Shown here: positions 15,650 through 24,718 of the stretch, piece by piece
How positions within the stretch are numbered: the first letter of the stretch is position 1
How the letters are laid out: each line of letters starts with the position of its first letter
Assembly (NCBI GenBank): GCA_021325135.1
Contig: JAJPHT010000036.1
Span: 32,001 to 96,000 of the forward strand
From: Pseudomonadota bacterium
GTDB taxonomy: Archaea; Thermoplasmatota; SW-10-69-26; JACQPN01; JAJPHT01
DNA length: 64,000 nucleotides
Direction of reading: 5' to 3'
Program-made: the position numbers and the translations under genes
The notes under the pieces: model-generated
Told to the model about the DNA's origin: nothing
What the model saw: the letters and a program-made list of their open reading frames with translations, nothing else
Database searches by the model: none

Positions 15650-16951
15650 ATGAACGGGAGAATCGTCGTCCTCGGCGTCCTGCTCCTGAGCGCCGGGCTC
15701 GTGGGCTGCATCGGCGGCAAGGACAACGGGGGCAAGGTCAGCCAGCAGTCGACGAACCACACGGGCGTCGTCTCCGCCAACGAGACGACGCAGCCCAACG
15801 GCGCGGAGATCTCGGCCTTCAAGGAGACGAACAAGACCGAGACCACCGGCATGGGCGCCATGATGCACATGCACGACTACTGGGGCAAGGACACGCGCAA
15901 GGTCATCTGGGACCAGGACGCGTGGCTCCTCCCGCTGCCTCTCCTGCCCGACGGCAAGAGCCCCGGCACGGCCATCGCCGACTTCGACATCCCGTACCCG
16001 AACCTCACCTACGAGGGCACGGACCACCTGGAGCTGTCGCTGACCAACGTCACGGTGGACCCCACCGGCATGGCCGCGCACCCGCAGCCCAGCCTCCTCT
16101 TCGACTACCTCACCGCCAGCGACGAGCCCGGCAAGTTCCGCACCGGCGGCGAGATCAAGCAGGGCACTCCCTTCATCCTGCCCGTGAAGCCCACCGACGC
16201 GGACATGCCCCACACCGAGAAGTCGCTCTGGGTCTTCCGCCTCTACACGTCGCAGGCCACCTCCATCAGCTTCCACATCCGCGTGACCGCGGTGAAGGGC
16301 AACGCCATCGCCAACTGGCCGCCCCACCCCAACCTCTACGCGGACAAGACCGACCGCACCGTCTACGACGGCGACGTGAAGCTCTCGAACGAGGGCACCG
16401 CGCAGGAGAACGTCGACGGCAAGGACCCCGCCTGGACGCACCCCGAGCGCGTCATCAGCTGGGGCACCGACAGCCTCGACGTCACCATCAGCAACGTCGT
16501 GTTCACCGCCCAGGGCGGCGCCGTGACGCCGGACCACTTCCTGCTGGAGTACCACAACGCGACCTTCGTGCCCAAGCTGGGCAACGGCGACCAGGCCGGC
16601 GGCCGCATCGAGGACAAGGGCACCGACGGGAAGACGTTCCACTTCCACGTCGCCGTGGACAACCAGTCCTACGACTCGCCCTACGGCCAGAAGAGCCGCT
16701 GGGGCTTCCGCCTCATGCCGCGCTTCGCCGGCACCGCGGACCCCACCAACTGCTTCGAGGTCATCGACCAGACCGACCCCGCGACCTACCACGACCTGCA
16801 GAACACGTTCATCGGCTGCCAGTTCGTCCCCTGGGACATGACGTACCACCTGACCGTCGTCGCCCACGGCCACAGCACGGCCAACGGCGTCGACGCAGGC
16901 GGATCGACCGCCGTGGCCCAAGGCGCGCCCACCCCGCCTTCGAACGCGTAA
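15650..16951 (+). CDS. Lipoprotein, tandem paralog A (433 aa)
   Basis: Lipobox LVGC; TATA-like CTATAT about 30 nt upstream; long identical blocks with 17012..18313. Confidence 0.88.
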   Translation: MNGRIVVLGVLLLSAGLVGCIGGKDNGGKVSQQSTNHTGVVSANETTQPNGAEISAFKETNKTETTGMGAMMHMHDYWGKDTRKVIWDQDAWLLPLPLLPDGKSPGTAIADFDIPYPNLTYEGTDHLELSLTNVTVDPTGMAAHPQPSLLFDYLTASDEPGKFRTGGEIKQGTPFILPVKPTDADMPHTEKSLWVFRLYTSQATSISFHIRVTAVKGNAIANWPPHPNLYADKTDRTVYDGDVKLSNEGTAQENVDGKDPAWTHPERVISWGTDSLDVTISNVVFTAQGGAVTPDHFLLEYHNATFVPKLGNGDQAGGRIEDKGTDGKTFHFHVAVDNQSYDSPYGQKSRWGFRLMPRFAGTADPTNCFEVIDQTDPATYHDLQNTFIGCQFVPWDMTYHLTVVAHGHSTANGVDAGGSTAVAQGAPTPPSNA

Positions 16952-17011
16952 AGCCCCAAAGAGGCTGCCGGGGCCCAACGCTTAAGCGTGCTCCAAGGCC
17001 CTCCCCGGGCG

Positions 17012-18313
17012 ATGCTTGGGAGAGCTTCGGTACTTGCAGTGCTCGCGCTGCTGCTGGGGGGCGGCCTGGCCGGCTGCATCGGCGGCAAGCTGGACGCCGG
17101 CAAGGTGGGGACCCAGTCGACCAACTCCACGGGCTTCGTCTCCGCCAACGAGACGAGCCAGCCCAACGGCGGGGAGATCTCGGCGTTCAAGGAGACGAAC
17201 AAGACCGAGACGACGGGCATGGGCTCCATGATGCACATGCACGACTACTGGGGCGGCCAGACGAGGAAGATCATCTGGCAGACCGACGCGGGCCTCATCC
17301 CGCTGCCGCTGCTCCCGGACGGCAAGCAGGCCGGCACCGCCATCGCGGACTTCGACATCCCGTACCCCAACCTCACCTACGAAGGGACGGGCCACCTGGA
17401 GATCCTCGCCAAGGACTACAAGGTCCTGGGCCCTGAGCCCGTGGCGCACCCGCACGTCACGTTCTACTTCGACTACCTCACCGCGGCGGACGAGCCGGGC
17501 AAGTTCCGCACGGGCGGCCAGCTCATCGACGGCACGCCCTTCATCCTGCCCGTGAAGCCCACCGACGCCGACATGCCGCACTCGGAGAAGTCGCTCTGGG
17601 TCTTCCGCCTCTACACGGGCGAGGCCAACGCCATCTCGTTCAACATCACCGTCACCGCCGTCAAGGGGAACGCCATCGCCAACTGGCCGCCGCACCCCAA
17701 CCTCTACGCGGACAAGACGGAGCGCGTCATCTTCGACGGCGACGTGAAGGAGCACTCCTCGGGCACCGTGCAGGTGAACATCGACGGCAAGGACGTCGAG
17801 TGGGTCAACCCCGAGCGCGTCATCAGCTGGGGCACGGACTCCGTGGACGTCACCGTCACGAACCCCGCGTTCAGCTCCGAGGGGAGCGTCGTCACGCCCG
17901 ACCACTACATCCTGGAGTACCACAACGCGACCTACATCCCCAAGCTGGGCAACGGCGACCAGGCGGGAGGGCGCGCGGAGGACCAGGGCAACGACGGCAA
18001 GACGTGGCACTTCCCCGCCAAGGTCGACGCGCAGTCCTACGACTCGCCCTACGGGCAGAAGAGCCGCTGGGGCTTCCGCTTCGTGCCGCGCTTCCAGGGC
18101 GATCCCACCAATTGCTACAGCAACGTGGGCGGCAGCCCCGGCCCGGACTACCAGTTCGTGCAGGAGTTCATCATCGGCTGCCAGTTCGTGCCGTGGGACC
18201 TCACCTACCACATGAGGATCGTCGCGCACGGGCACAGCACCGCGACGGGCGTGGACGGCGCCGCGGACCCCAACGCGGGAATCGCCACGCCCACGCCGCC
18301 CACCAAGGCGTGA
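17012..18313 (+). CDS. Lipoprotein, tandem paralog B (433 aa)
   Basis: Lipobox LAGC; CTTAAG about 28 nt upstream; same length as paralog A. Confidence 0.88.
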   Translation: MLGRASVLAVLALLLGGGLAGCIGGKLDAGKVGTQSTNSTGFVSANETSQPNGGEISAFKETNKTETTGMGSMMHMHDYWGGQTRKIIWQTDAGLIPLPLLPDGKQAGTAIADFDIPYPNLTYEGTGHLEILAKDYKVLGPEPVAHPHVTFYFDYLTAADEPGKFRTGGQLIDGTPFILPVKPTDADMPHSEKSLWVFRLYTGEANAISFNITVTAVKGNAIANWPPHPNLYADKTERVIFDGDVKEHSSGTVQVNIDGKDVEWVNPERVISWGTDSVDVTVTNPAFSSEGSVVTPDHYILEYHNATYIPKLGNGDQAGGRAEDQGNDGKTWHFPAKVDAQSYDSPYGQKSRWGFRFVPRFQGDPTNCYSNVGGSPGPDYQFVQEFIIGCQFVPWDLTYHMRIVAHGHSTATGVDGAADPNAGIATPTPPTKA

Positions 18314-18505
18314 CGCACGACAGCCCTTGATCCCCACGAGCTTAGTGGGGGCCCGGGTCGTGCCCACCCTCGGCCCCCCCCGCCCTCCCCGTCGTGCGGC
18401 ACGAGCCTCTGCCACGTGGACCTCGGATCGCCGCAGCCCTTCGGCTGCGGGGCGGGAACGGCCATGGCCCCCTCCTGGGGTCGCGGCAACGAGGCACAGA
18501 CCCCC

Positions 18506-19576
18506 ATGCGCCGCTTCCTTGCCCTCAGCTTGCCTGCTATCCTTCTTCTCTCCGGCGTCACGCTCGTCGCGACGGGCGCGTCGGCGTCAGATCAGCTCTG
18601 GTGGTGCCAGAGCGAGGTCAACGACAACGGCTTCTGCGCGGGCTCCGTCTGCGCCGGCAACGGCGGCTGGGGCGAGTGCGCTCCCCAGGCGTCGGAGAAG
18701 GTCTGCACGCAGGGCAACGCGCCCTGCCAGGGCCTCGACGTGCTCTGCGTCTACGGCCCCAAGGTCCACGAGTGCCTCATGGGCTGCGCGTGCTACCCGG
18801 CGTCCCCGTCCGCCTCGCAGCCGCAGCCGTGCGTGGACTGCCCGACGTACCCCATCGTGTGCGTCTCCGGCGTCACGGCGGTCCCGTGCGGCGACGGCGA
18901 CGACGCGTGCGTCCAGGTCGGCGCGCTGCCGCGCCACTGCGAGGACCTCCCCGCGACGACGTGCAACGTGCCCTGCCAGCAGCACGCGGAGTGCACGGCG
19001 TTCATCGGCTCCGGCGCCGCCGCGGCGGTCTGCTTCGTGGACGGCCACGAGGTCGGACCCGTCCAGACGTGCGACACGTGCGCGGTCCTCTTCGGCGTCA
19101 CCTGCCAGGTGGGCACCGACGCGGACGGCTGCGACGGCGTCAACCCGCCGCCCTGCGCGTGCATCCCCGCCGCCAGCAAGCCCATCCCCGTCCCCGTGTA
19201 CCTCTGCGTGCGCGGCGTCAACGCGGCCCACTGCTACTGGGGCGGCCAGGACAACACCGCCTGCCTCGCCATCGGCGAGCAGGTGCCCCACTGCGTGCCC
19301 GGCCAGGACGCGACCTTCACGTGCGGCGACCTCGCCCGCGTCTGCGCGGACCCGACGGACCCGTGCGCCTGGGGCTGGCTCGAGTGCGTCCCCTGCGAGA
19401 GCGCCAACGGCTGCTGCGGCGCCGCCTGCCCCCAGGAGGCCTCGCTGGCCCCCGCGGGCGCCGCGCCCCCGCCCCCGGAGTGCATGCAGGTCTACTGGTC
19501 CCAGGACTTCGGGCCCGTGGGCGTGACGATGCAGGACTCCTGCCACGTCACGGTCCAGCAGCACGTCCTCGCGTAG
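18506..19576 (+). CDS. Secreted Cys-rich protein (about 40 Cys in 356 aa)
   Basis: Signal peptide MRRFLALSLPAILLLSGVTLVATGASA; GC3-rich codons. Confidence 0.8.
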   Translation: MRRFLALSLPAILLLSGVTLVATGASASDQLWWCQSEVNDNGFCAGSVCAGNGGWGECAPQASEKVCTQGNAPCQGLDVLCVYGPKVHECLMGCACYPASPSASQPQPCVDCPTYPIVCVSGVTAVPCGDGDDACVQVGALPRHCEDLPATTCNVPCQQHAECTAFIGSGAAAAVCFVDGHEVGPVQTCDTCAVLFGVTCQVGTDADGCDGVNPPPCACIPAASKPIPVPVYLCVRGVNAAHCYWGGQDNTACLAIGEQVPHCVPGQDATFTCGDLARVCADPTDPCAWGWLECVPCESANGCCGAACPQEASLAPAGAAPPPPECMQVYWSQDFGPVGVTMQDSCHVTVQQHVLA

Positions 19577-19635
19577 GCGTGGAGCCGCTCCTCGTCGGGA
19601 GCAGCTTCAAGCCGGGGAACGGGCAGTCCCCCCTC

Positions 19636-19718
19636 GCGAGCGTCGCCTAGCCCGGTATGGCAGGGGACTCAAGATCCCCCGTCTCAGGACATCGTCGGTT
19701 CGAATCCGGCCGCTCGCA
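19636..19718 (+). tRNA. tRNA-Leu (CAA)
   Basis: Acceptor GCGAGCG/CGCTCGC, anticodon arm GGGGA-CTCAAGA-TCCCC, long variable arm, GGTTCGAATCC; no encoded CCA. Confidence 0.95.
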
Positions 19719-19801
19719 CTCCCCTTCTATTTGATCGCGCGGGGTTGTCCGGATTCCGGCCGACCGCAACCCGCTTTCCGCGACACCCCGGGGGGAGGAG
19801 C

Positions 19802-21967
19802 GTGCCCCGCGCCTCCGGCCCCGACGCAGGGGTGGCCAACACCCTTGAGGCGATCGTCATCGCGGTGGTCATGGTGGCCGCCGTCGCGTTCGTGGTGACG
19901 TTCCAGACGCCCGCGGCCCCCTCGGAGGGCTCGCGCGGCGTGCTGGAGGGGCGCGCCCGCGACGCGCTCTCCATCCTGGGCGACGAGCCCGTGCTGGACA
20001 GCGCGCTTGGCACGAACCTCATGAGCGTCGCCACGATGGAGTGCCTCCAGGGCAACTGCTCGCGCCTCACGACGAAGCTCGCCGACGTGCTGCCCAAGGG
20101 CGCCTCCTACGCGGTGTACCTCAGCAACGGCGTGGGGCTCTACCCGGTGTACGCGCCGCGCTCGCCGCCAGGCGAGGCGATCTCCGTGGACCGCCTCTTC
20201 GAGCCCCAGTGGAGCTACGCCTTCCTGGCGCCCTCCATGGACATCGTGAACCCGACGCAGGACCCCATGCTGGTCTACGACCTGCCGGTGTTCAACTCCA
20301 ACGTGCTCACGCCGCAGGGGCACGTCCTCGACGTGGTCGTGCACGGCACGCGCACGAGCGACGGCTCGGACTACCTCATGCGCACGAGCGTCGCGACGCG
20401 GGCCGCGGCCAGCGCCAACGCGTCGCTCACACCCGCGGCGTCGCTCTACTTCGTCGACGGCTCGGGGAGCCCCATCGCGTCGAGCGACCTGCGCAACCAG
20501 ACGCTCAGCGCGGGCATCGCCACCAAGGCGCCCGTCGCGCTGACGCTGCGGCTCAACGAGTCCGCGGGCGTCGCCATCCCCGCGGGCGCCAACGTCACGG
20601 TGCAGCTGCCCCGCGGCTGGAACGCGACGGCCTCCCCCGCCGTGAACGCCGCGGACTGGATGATCCTCTCCAACGCCACCGACGCCAACGCCAGCGCGTC
20701 GGGCGCGGACCTCGTGGCGAGCCTCAACCACGCCGTGACGAGCGGCGTCGTGGACCTCAAGCTGAACGTCACGTACCGCGGCGACCAGGACGACCACTAC
20801 GTGATCCGCGCCGCCATGAGCCGCGGCGTCTACGCCACCGCGTCGCTCCTGGTCACGGGCGACGCGCACGCGACGCTGCCCGCCTTCGAGGTGCCCGGCG
20901 TCTACCTCAGCGCGCCGCGCCCCATGGGCGCCACCGCGACCACGACGTGGACGCTGGCCGCCAACGTGCCGCAGTCCCCCTCCGTCTCGCTCTCGGACGC
21001 CGTCGCCGTGACCGAGATCGACATCACCGAGGAGACGAACGCCTCCATCTTCGGGAGCGTGACCGGCGTCTCCAGCGCCGGAGGCTCGTGGACGGCCAAC
21101 GGCAGCGCGCTGACGTGGCGTGGCAACGCCACGGTCCAGCACTTCGCGCCCCTCAACCTCACGTTCCGCGTCGCGGGCAGCGGCCTCGCGGGCTCGACGG
21201 AGGACCGCTCCCCCTTCTGGCCCACGGTGAGCCTCGGGGGCTGGAGCGGCCGCATCGCGGACCCCTCCTCGCCCGGCGTCTTCCGCACGCCCATCCTCCC
21301 TTCGGACTCGTCCTACTCGGGCTACGACGGCTCGACGGGGGCGTGGGTCGAGGCGAACCACACCGCGGCCAGCACGGCGGTCTACCGCGCGACCGCGCTC
21401 CCCGGCACGTTCGCCTACTCGTCGGGCTACGCGACGGGCATGCGCGACGCCCTCTTCGGCTCCGACGTGGGCCCCGCGCAGCGCCGCGTCGCGACGGGCG
21501 GCACCGCGAACGTCAGCGTCAACGTGCAGTCCCTCGCCTACCAGCTCGCGGAGCTTGGCATGAAGCCCATCATCACGCTGAAGCTCTACCCGCCCTGGAC
21601 GGGCGACGCGCGCGTCCCCATCTGGTCCTCGACGCTCTACGACGCGCCCGCCCTCCTGGGCAACGCTTCGTTCCTCAGCGTCCTCGACCTCAACGGCGAC
21701 GGCACGCCCGACGCCGGCAGCGTGGGCCGCTACAACGTCTCCATCCCCGTCCCCTCCAGCTGGCTCTTCGGCCCCTACGTCCTCGACGCCGAGGTGGACT
21801 GGAACGACACGCTCTCCGCCGTCGTGGGCAACGCCACCATCAACGCGCCCGTCGTCCGCGCCGCCCACGTCTACGACTACTTCCTGGCGACGCCGCCCAA
21901 CACCCTGTCTCCGGCGAGCCCGGTCTACAACGCTCGCCTGGTGGCGTGGTTCGACGACTGGCGCTAG
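19802..21967 (+). CDS. Large pilin-like surface protein with class III-type signal (721 aa)
   Basis: GGAGGAG before GTG; PDAG|VANTLEAIVIAVVMVAAVAF then ARDALSIL, beta-rich body with many N-x-S/T sites. Confidence 0.8.
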   Translation: MPRASGPDAGVANTLEAIVIAVVMVAAVAFVVTFQTPAAPSEGSRGVLEGRARDALSILGDEPVLDSALGTNLMSVATMECLQGNCSRLTTKLADVLPKGASYAVYLSNGVGLYPVYAPRSPPGEAISVDRLFEPQWSYAFLAPSMDIVNPTQDPMLVYDLPVFNSNVLTPQGHVLDVVVHGTRTSDGSDYLMRTSVATRAAASANASLTPAASLYFVDGSGSPIASSDLRNQTLSAGIATKAPVALTLRLNESAGVAIPAGANVTVQLPRGWNATASPAVNAADWMILSNATDANASASGADLVASLNHAVTSGVVDLKLNVTYRGDQDDHYVIRAAMSRGVYATASLLVTGDAHATLPAFEVPGVYLSAPRPMGATATTTWTLAANVPQSPSVSLSDAVAVTEIDITEETNASIFGSVTGVSSAGGSWTANGSALTWRGNATVQHFAPLNLTFRVAGSGLAGSTEDRSPFWPTVSLGGWSGRIADPSSPGVFRTPILPSDSSYSGYDGSTGAWVEANHTAASTAVYRATALPGTFAYSSGYATGMRDALFGSDVGPAQRRVATGGTANVSVNVQSLAYQLAELGMKPIITLKLYPPWTGDARVPIWSSTLYDAPALLGNASFLSVLDLNGDGTPDAGSVGRYNVSIPVPSSWLFGPYVLDAEVDWNDTLSAVVGNATINAPVVRAAHVYDYFLATPPNTLSPASPVYNARLVAWFDDWR

Positions 21968-21986
21968 GCCATCTGCTCGCGCTCCT

Positions 21987-22064
21987 CGATGCAACCCGAA
22001 CCCACGAACCACCGAACCAAAGATAGGACCCTGGTCCGGTGGTTCGTGGATTCGGGTTGCATCG
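21987..22064. repeat. Palindromic intergenic element, family P1 copy 1
   Basis: 33-bp arms CGATGCAACCCGAACCCACGAACCACCGAACCA / TGGTCCGGTGGTTCGTGGATTCGGGTTGCATCG with a 12-nt loop. Confidence 0.9.
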
Positions 22065-22085
22065 CGTGGCTTGATCATGATGATA

Positions 22086-23675
22086 TCAAGCGGTGGCGTC
22101 GCGCAGAGCATCCACCAGCCGATGCATCTCGGCCTCCCGCTCCGCCTCGGCACGCCGCGCGGCCTCGTCGCGGGAGTCGCGCGTCACGAGCACGAGCACG
22201 CGCCCCACGCGGCTGCGGCCCGTCCTGCCGCGGCGCTGGATGGTGCGGATCTCGCTGGGGATGGGCTCGTAGAAGACCACGAGGTCCACCGCGGGGACGT
22301 GGAGCCCCTCCTCCGCGACGCTGGTGGCGACGAGCACGCGCACGCCGCCCTCCGCGAAGCGGCGCAGCAGCGCGGCCTGCTCCTCCTGCGTGAGGCCCGG
22401 GTCCTCCGCGCCCTTGTCGGCCTGCCCCACGAAACGCTCGGCCGCGACGCCCGCGCGGCGAAGGCGCTCCAGGAGGACGCGCACCGTGTCGCGGTACTGC
22501 GCGAAGACGAGCACGAGGCTGCCGGGGCTCTCCTCCAATTGCATGCGGACGGCCTCCAGGAGGGCGTTCTCCTTGGGGTGCGAGACTCCGGCGCTCCTGG
22601 CGATCTGGAGCGCCCGCTGCACGCGCGGGTCCCGCAGGAACGTCGCCTGCGCGCGGCTGGGGTCCTCGCGCCCCGCGGCGCGCTCCACGTACATGCGGAA
22701 GGGCGCCATGCCCTGCGTCTCCAGGAGCTCCAGCGCGTGCGCGGCCTGGATGGCCACGCCGTGGTTGAGCATCGCCGCGAAGAAGAACCCCTTGGACGCG
22801 CCCCGCGCGCCGTGCAGCCTCTTCCTGATGATATCGCCCGTCTCCATGAGGAGCCCCTTGCCGATTCGCGCGTCCACGTTCCGCCGCGGGATGAAGGGCC
22901 GCAGCTTGCGCAGGCGCTCGGCCAGCACGCGCTCCAGCTCGGCGCGCGCGGCGCGGGCGGGCTCCGGGAGCGCCACCTCGCGGAAGAGCACGCGGAGGTC
23001 CTTCACGAAGGGGCGCACGTCCTCGTCCCCGCGCGCCCGCGCCTCCACGCGCGGCCGGCCCAGGGCCTCCAGCACGGCGTCGACGCGCTCCCGCCGGCTG
23101 CCAGGCGACGCGGTGAGCCCCAGGATGCGCGGCTCCGCGCGCTGCGCGAGGTAGGCCTTCGCCAGCGGAACGTAGGGGTAGTCGCCCACCGCGCGGTGCG
23201 CTTCGTCCACCACGAGAAGGGCGACGCGGGAGAGGTCGACGCGCCCCGCCTCGACGTCGTGGGCCAGGCCGTGGGGCGTCGCCACGACAACGCGCGCGGC
23301 GGCGAAGGCGACGGCGCGGCCCGCGGGTGAGACGTCGCCCGTCAGCTCCACCACGGACTCGGGGCGGAGGGCCAGCGCGTCGCGCAGCGCGCCCGCGTGC
23401 TGGCGCACCAGCGGGCGCGTGGGCGCGACGACAAGGGCCTGCGCGCCCGGCTCGCGGCGCAGGCGCTCGGCCGCGGCGAGGAGCGCGATGGCGGTCTTCC
23501 CCAGCCCGGTGGGCAGCACGACGAGGAGGCTCCCCTCCACCGCCAATTCCGCGAGGCGCGTCTGGTACTCGCGCGCCTCCAGGGCGCCTTCGCGCACCAG
23601 CGGGTGGTGGACGAGCCCGTCGCGCTGGGCGAAGGGCGAGCCCTCGTCGTAGGCGTCCAGCGTGCTCTGCGGCAT
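22086..23675 (-). CDS. hef: Hef/FANCM-like SF2 helicase lacking the C-terminal ERCC4 nuclease
   Basis: EAREYQ, LPTGLGKT, DEAH, GLTASPG, ATSVAEEGL, QRRGRTGR; ends at about 529 aa. Confidence 0.9.
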   Translation of the reverse strand: MPQSTLDAYDEGSPFAQRDGLVHHPLVREGALEAREYQTRLAELAVEGSLLVVLPTGLGKTAIALLAAAERLRREPGAQALVVAPTRPLVRQHAGALRDALALRPESVVELTGDVSPAGRAVAFAAARVVVATPHGLAHDVEAGRVDLSRVALLVVDEAHRAVGDYPYVPLAKAYLAQRAEPRILGLTASPGSRRERVDAVLEALGRPRVEARARGDEDVRPFVKDLRVLFREVALPEPARAARAELERVLAERLRKLRPFIPRRNVDARIGKGLLMETGDIIRKRLHGARGASKGFFFAAMLNHGVAIQAAHALELLETQGMAPFRMYVERAAGREDPSRAQATFLRDPRVQRALQIARSAGVSHPKENALLEAVRMQLEESPGSLVLVFAQYRDTVRVLLERLRRAGVAAERFVGQADKGAEDPGLTQEEQAALLRRFAEGGVRVLVATSVAEEGLHVPAVDLVVFYEPIPSEIRTIQRRGRTGRSRVGRVLVLVTRDSRDEAARRAEAEREAEMHRLVDALRDATA

Positions 23676-23770
23676 GGCCCCTTCGCGTGGGCGCGCATCA
23701 GGCTGGGCCATGCGCCTGGCGCGTCGAAACTGGGCTGGACGCCTGGCGGGTCCTTCCTCCGTGGGTTTGC

Positions 23771-23895
23771 CCTTTGGTCAAGGGTCCAAAGAACGCAATG
23801 AGCGCGAAGAGCGCCAAGGTCGCCAAGTTTTCTCTCGTCGTCGCGTCCTTCGCGCTCGTGGCGCTCGTCGCGTTCTTTGGACCCTTGACCGAAGG
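23771..23895. repeat. Long hairpin element with internal 9-bp units
   Basis: CCTTTGGTCAAGGGTCCAAAGAACGC ... GCGTTCTTTGGACCCTTGACCGAAGG (25/26) with inner units AGCGCGAAG/AGCGCCAAG/GTCGCCAAG. Confidence 0.8.
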
Positions 23896-23901
23896 AGAAA
23901 A

Positions 23902-24615
23902 TCACTTCCGCGCTTCCTTCTCCGCCAGCATCTTCTCGGCGCGGAGGAGGTCGTCGGACTTGCCGCTGCGGTCGGCCGCCGCGATGGCCGCCTCCACGTC
24001 CGCCATGGCGAGGAGGGGCTTGCGGGCGCGGAGCATGGCGGCGCGGCCGCGCAGCTTCTTCGCCGCGGCGCGCACGGCCTCCACGTCGGCGGGTGGCGCG
24101 ATCTTCCTGGGGGGCTCCCACCTGGGCGCGGGGTTCGCGGGGTCCACCTTCCCTTCGTAGGCGCGCACGATGACCGGCGGCTCCAGGGGCCAGTCGCCCG
24201 CGCGGGTGGGGCTGGCGAGGATGCGGCGCAGCGCGTCGCGGCCGTCCACCATGCGGCCGAAGACGCAGTAGTTCCCGTCGAGGTCCTTCTGCGGGCCGTC
24301 GCAGAGGTAGAACTCGGAGGTGGCGGTGTGCGGGTCGGGGAGCCGCGCCATGCCCAGGGCGCCGTCCGCGTGCTTCAGCGGCGAGGACTCCAGGCGGATG
24401 GGCGGGTGGATCGCGGGCTTGCGCGAGCCGTCGGGGCGGTAGCCGCCGGCCTGGGCGACGAAGCGCGGCACCACGCGGTGGAAGACGGTGCCCGCGTAGA
24501 AGCCCGCCTTGACGTAGGCGAGGAAGTTCGCCACGGTCCTGGGCGCGTCGTCGGGCGCAAGCTCCAGCGTGATGTCGCCTGCGGTCGTCTCCAGCGCCAC
24601 CAGGGGGCCCGTCAC
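23902..24615 (-). CDS. Cyclophilin-type peptidyl-prolyl isomerase with C-terminal helical extension
   Basis: APRTVANFLAYV, FHRVVPRFVAQAGG, GALGMAR, YCVFG. Confidence 0.92.
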   Translation of the reverse strand: MTGPLVALETTAGDITLELAPDDAPRTVANFLAYVKAGFYAGTVFHRVVPRFVAQAGGYRPDGSRKPAIHPPIRLESSPLKHADGALGMARLPDPHTATSEFYLCDGPQKDLDGNYCVFGRMVDGRDALRRILASPTRAGDWPLEPPVIVRAYEGKVDPANPAPRWEPPRKIAPPADVEAVRAAAKKLRGRAAMLRARKPLLAMADVEAAIAAADRSGKSDDLLRAEKMLAEKEARK

Positions 24616-24718
24616 AGGCCGGCAAGCGGCCCTCGGCGGATGAGGCTATCCACGGTGGGGAAGCGGCGAACGTGCCAGAACCGCCACGCACGGGGGCGCC
24701 AGCGACCCTGCGATCTCC

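Noticed and set aside
19636-19718. tRNA-Leu or tRNA-Ile as an integration site of a genomic island
   Set aside because: No duplicated tRNA 3' end, integrase or transposase was seen in the window
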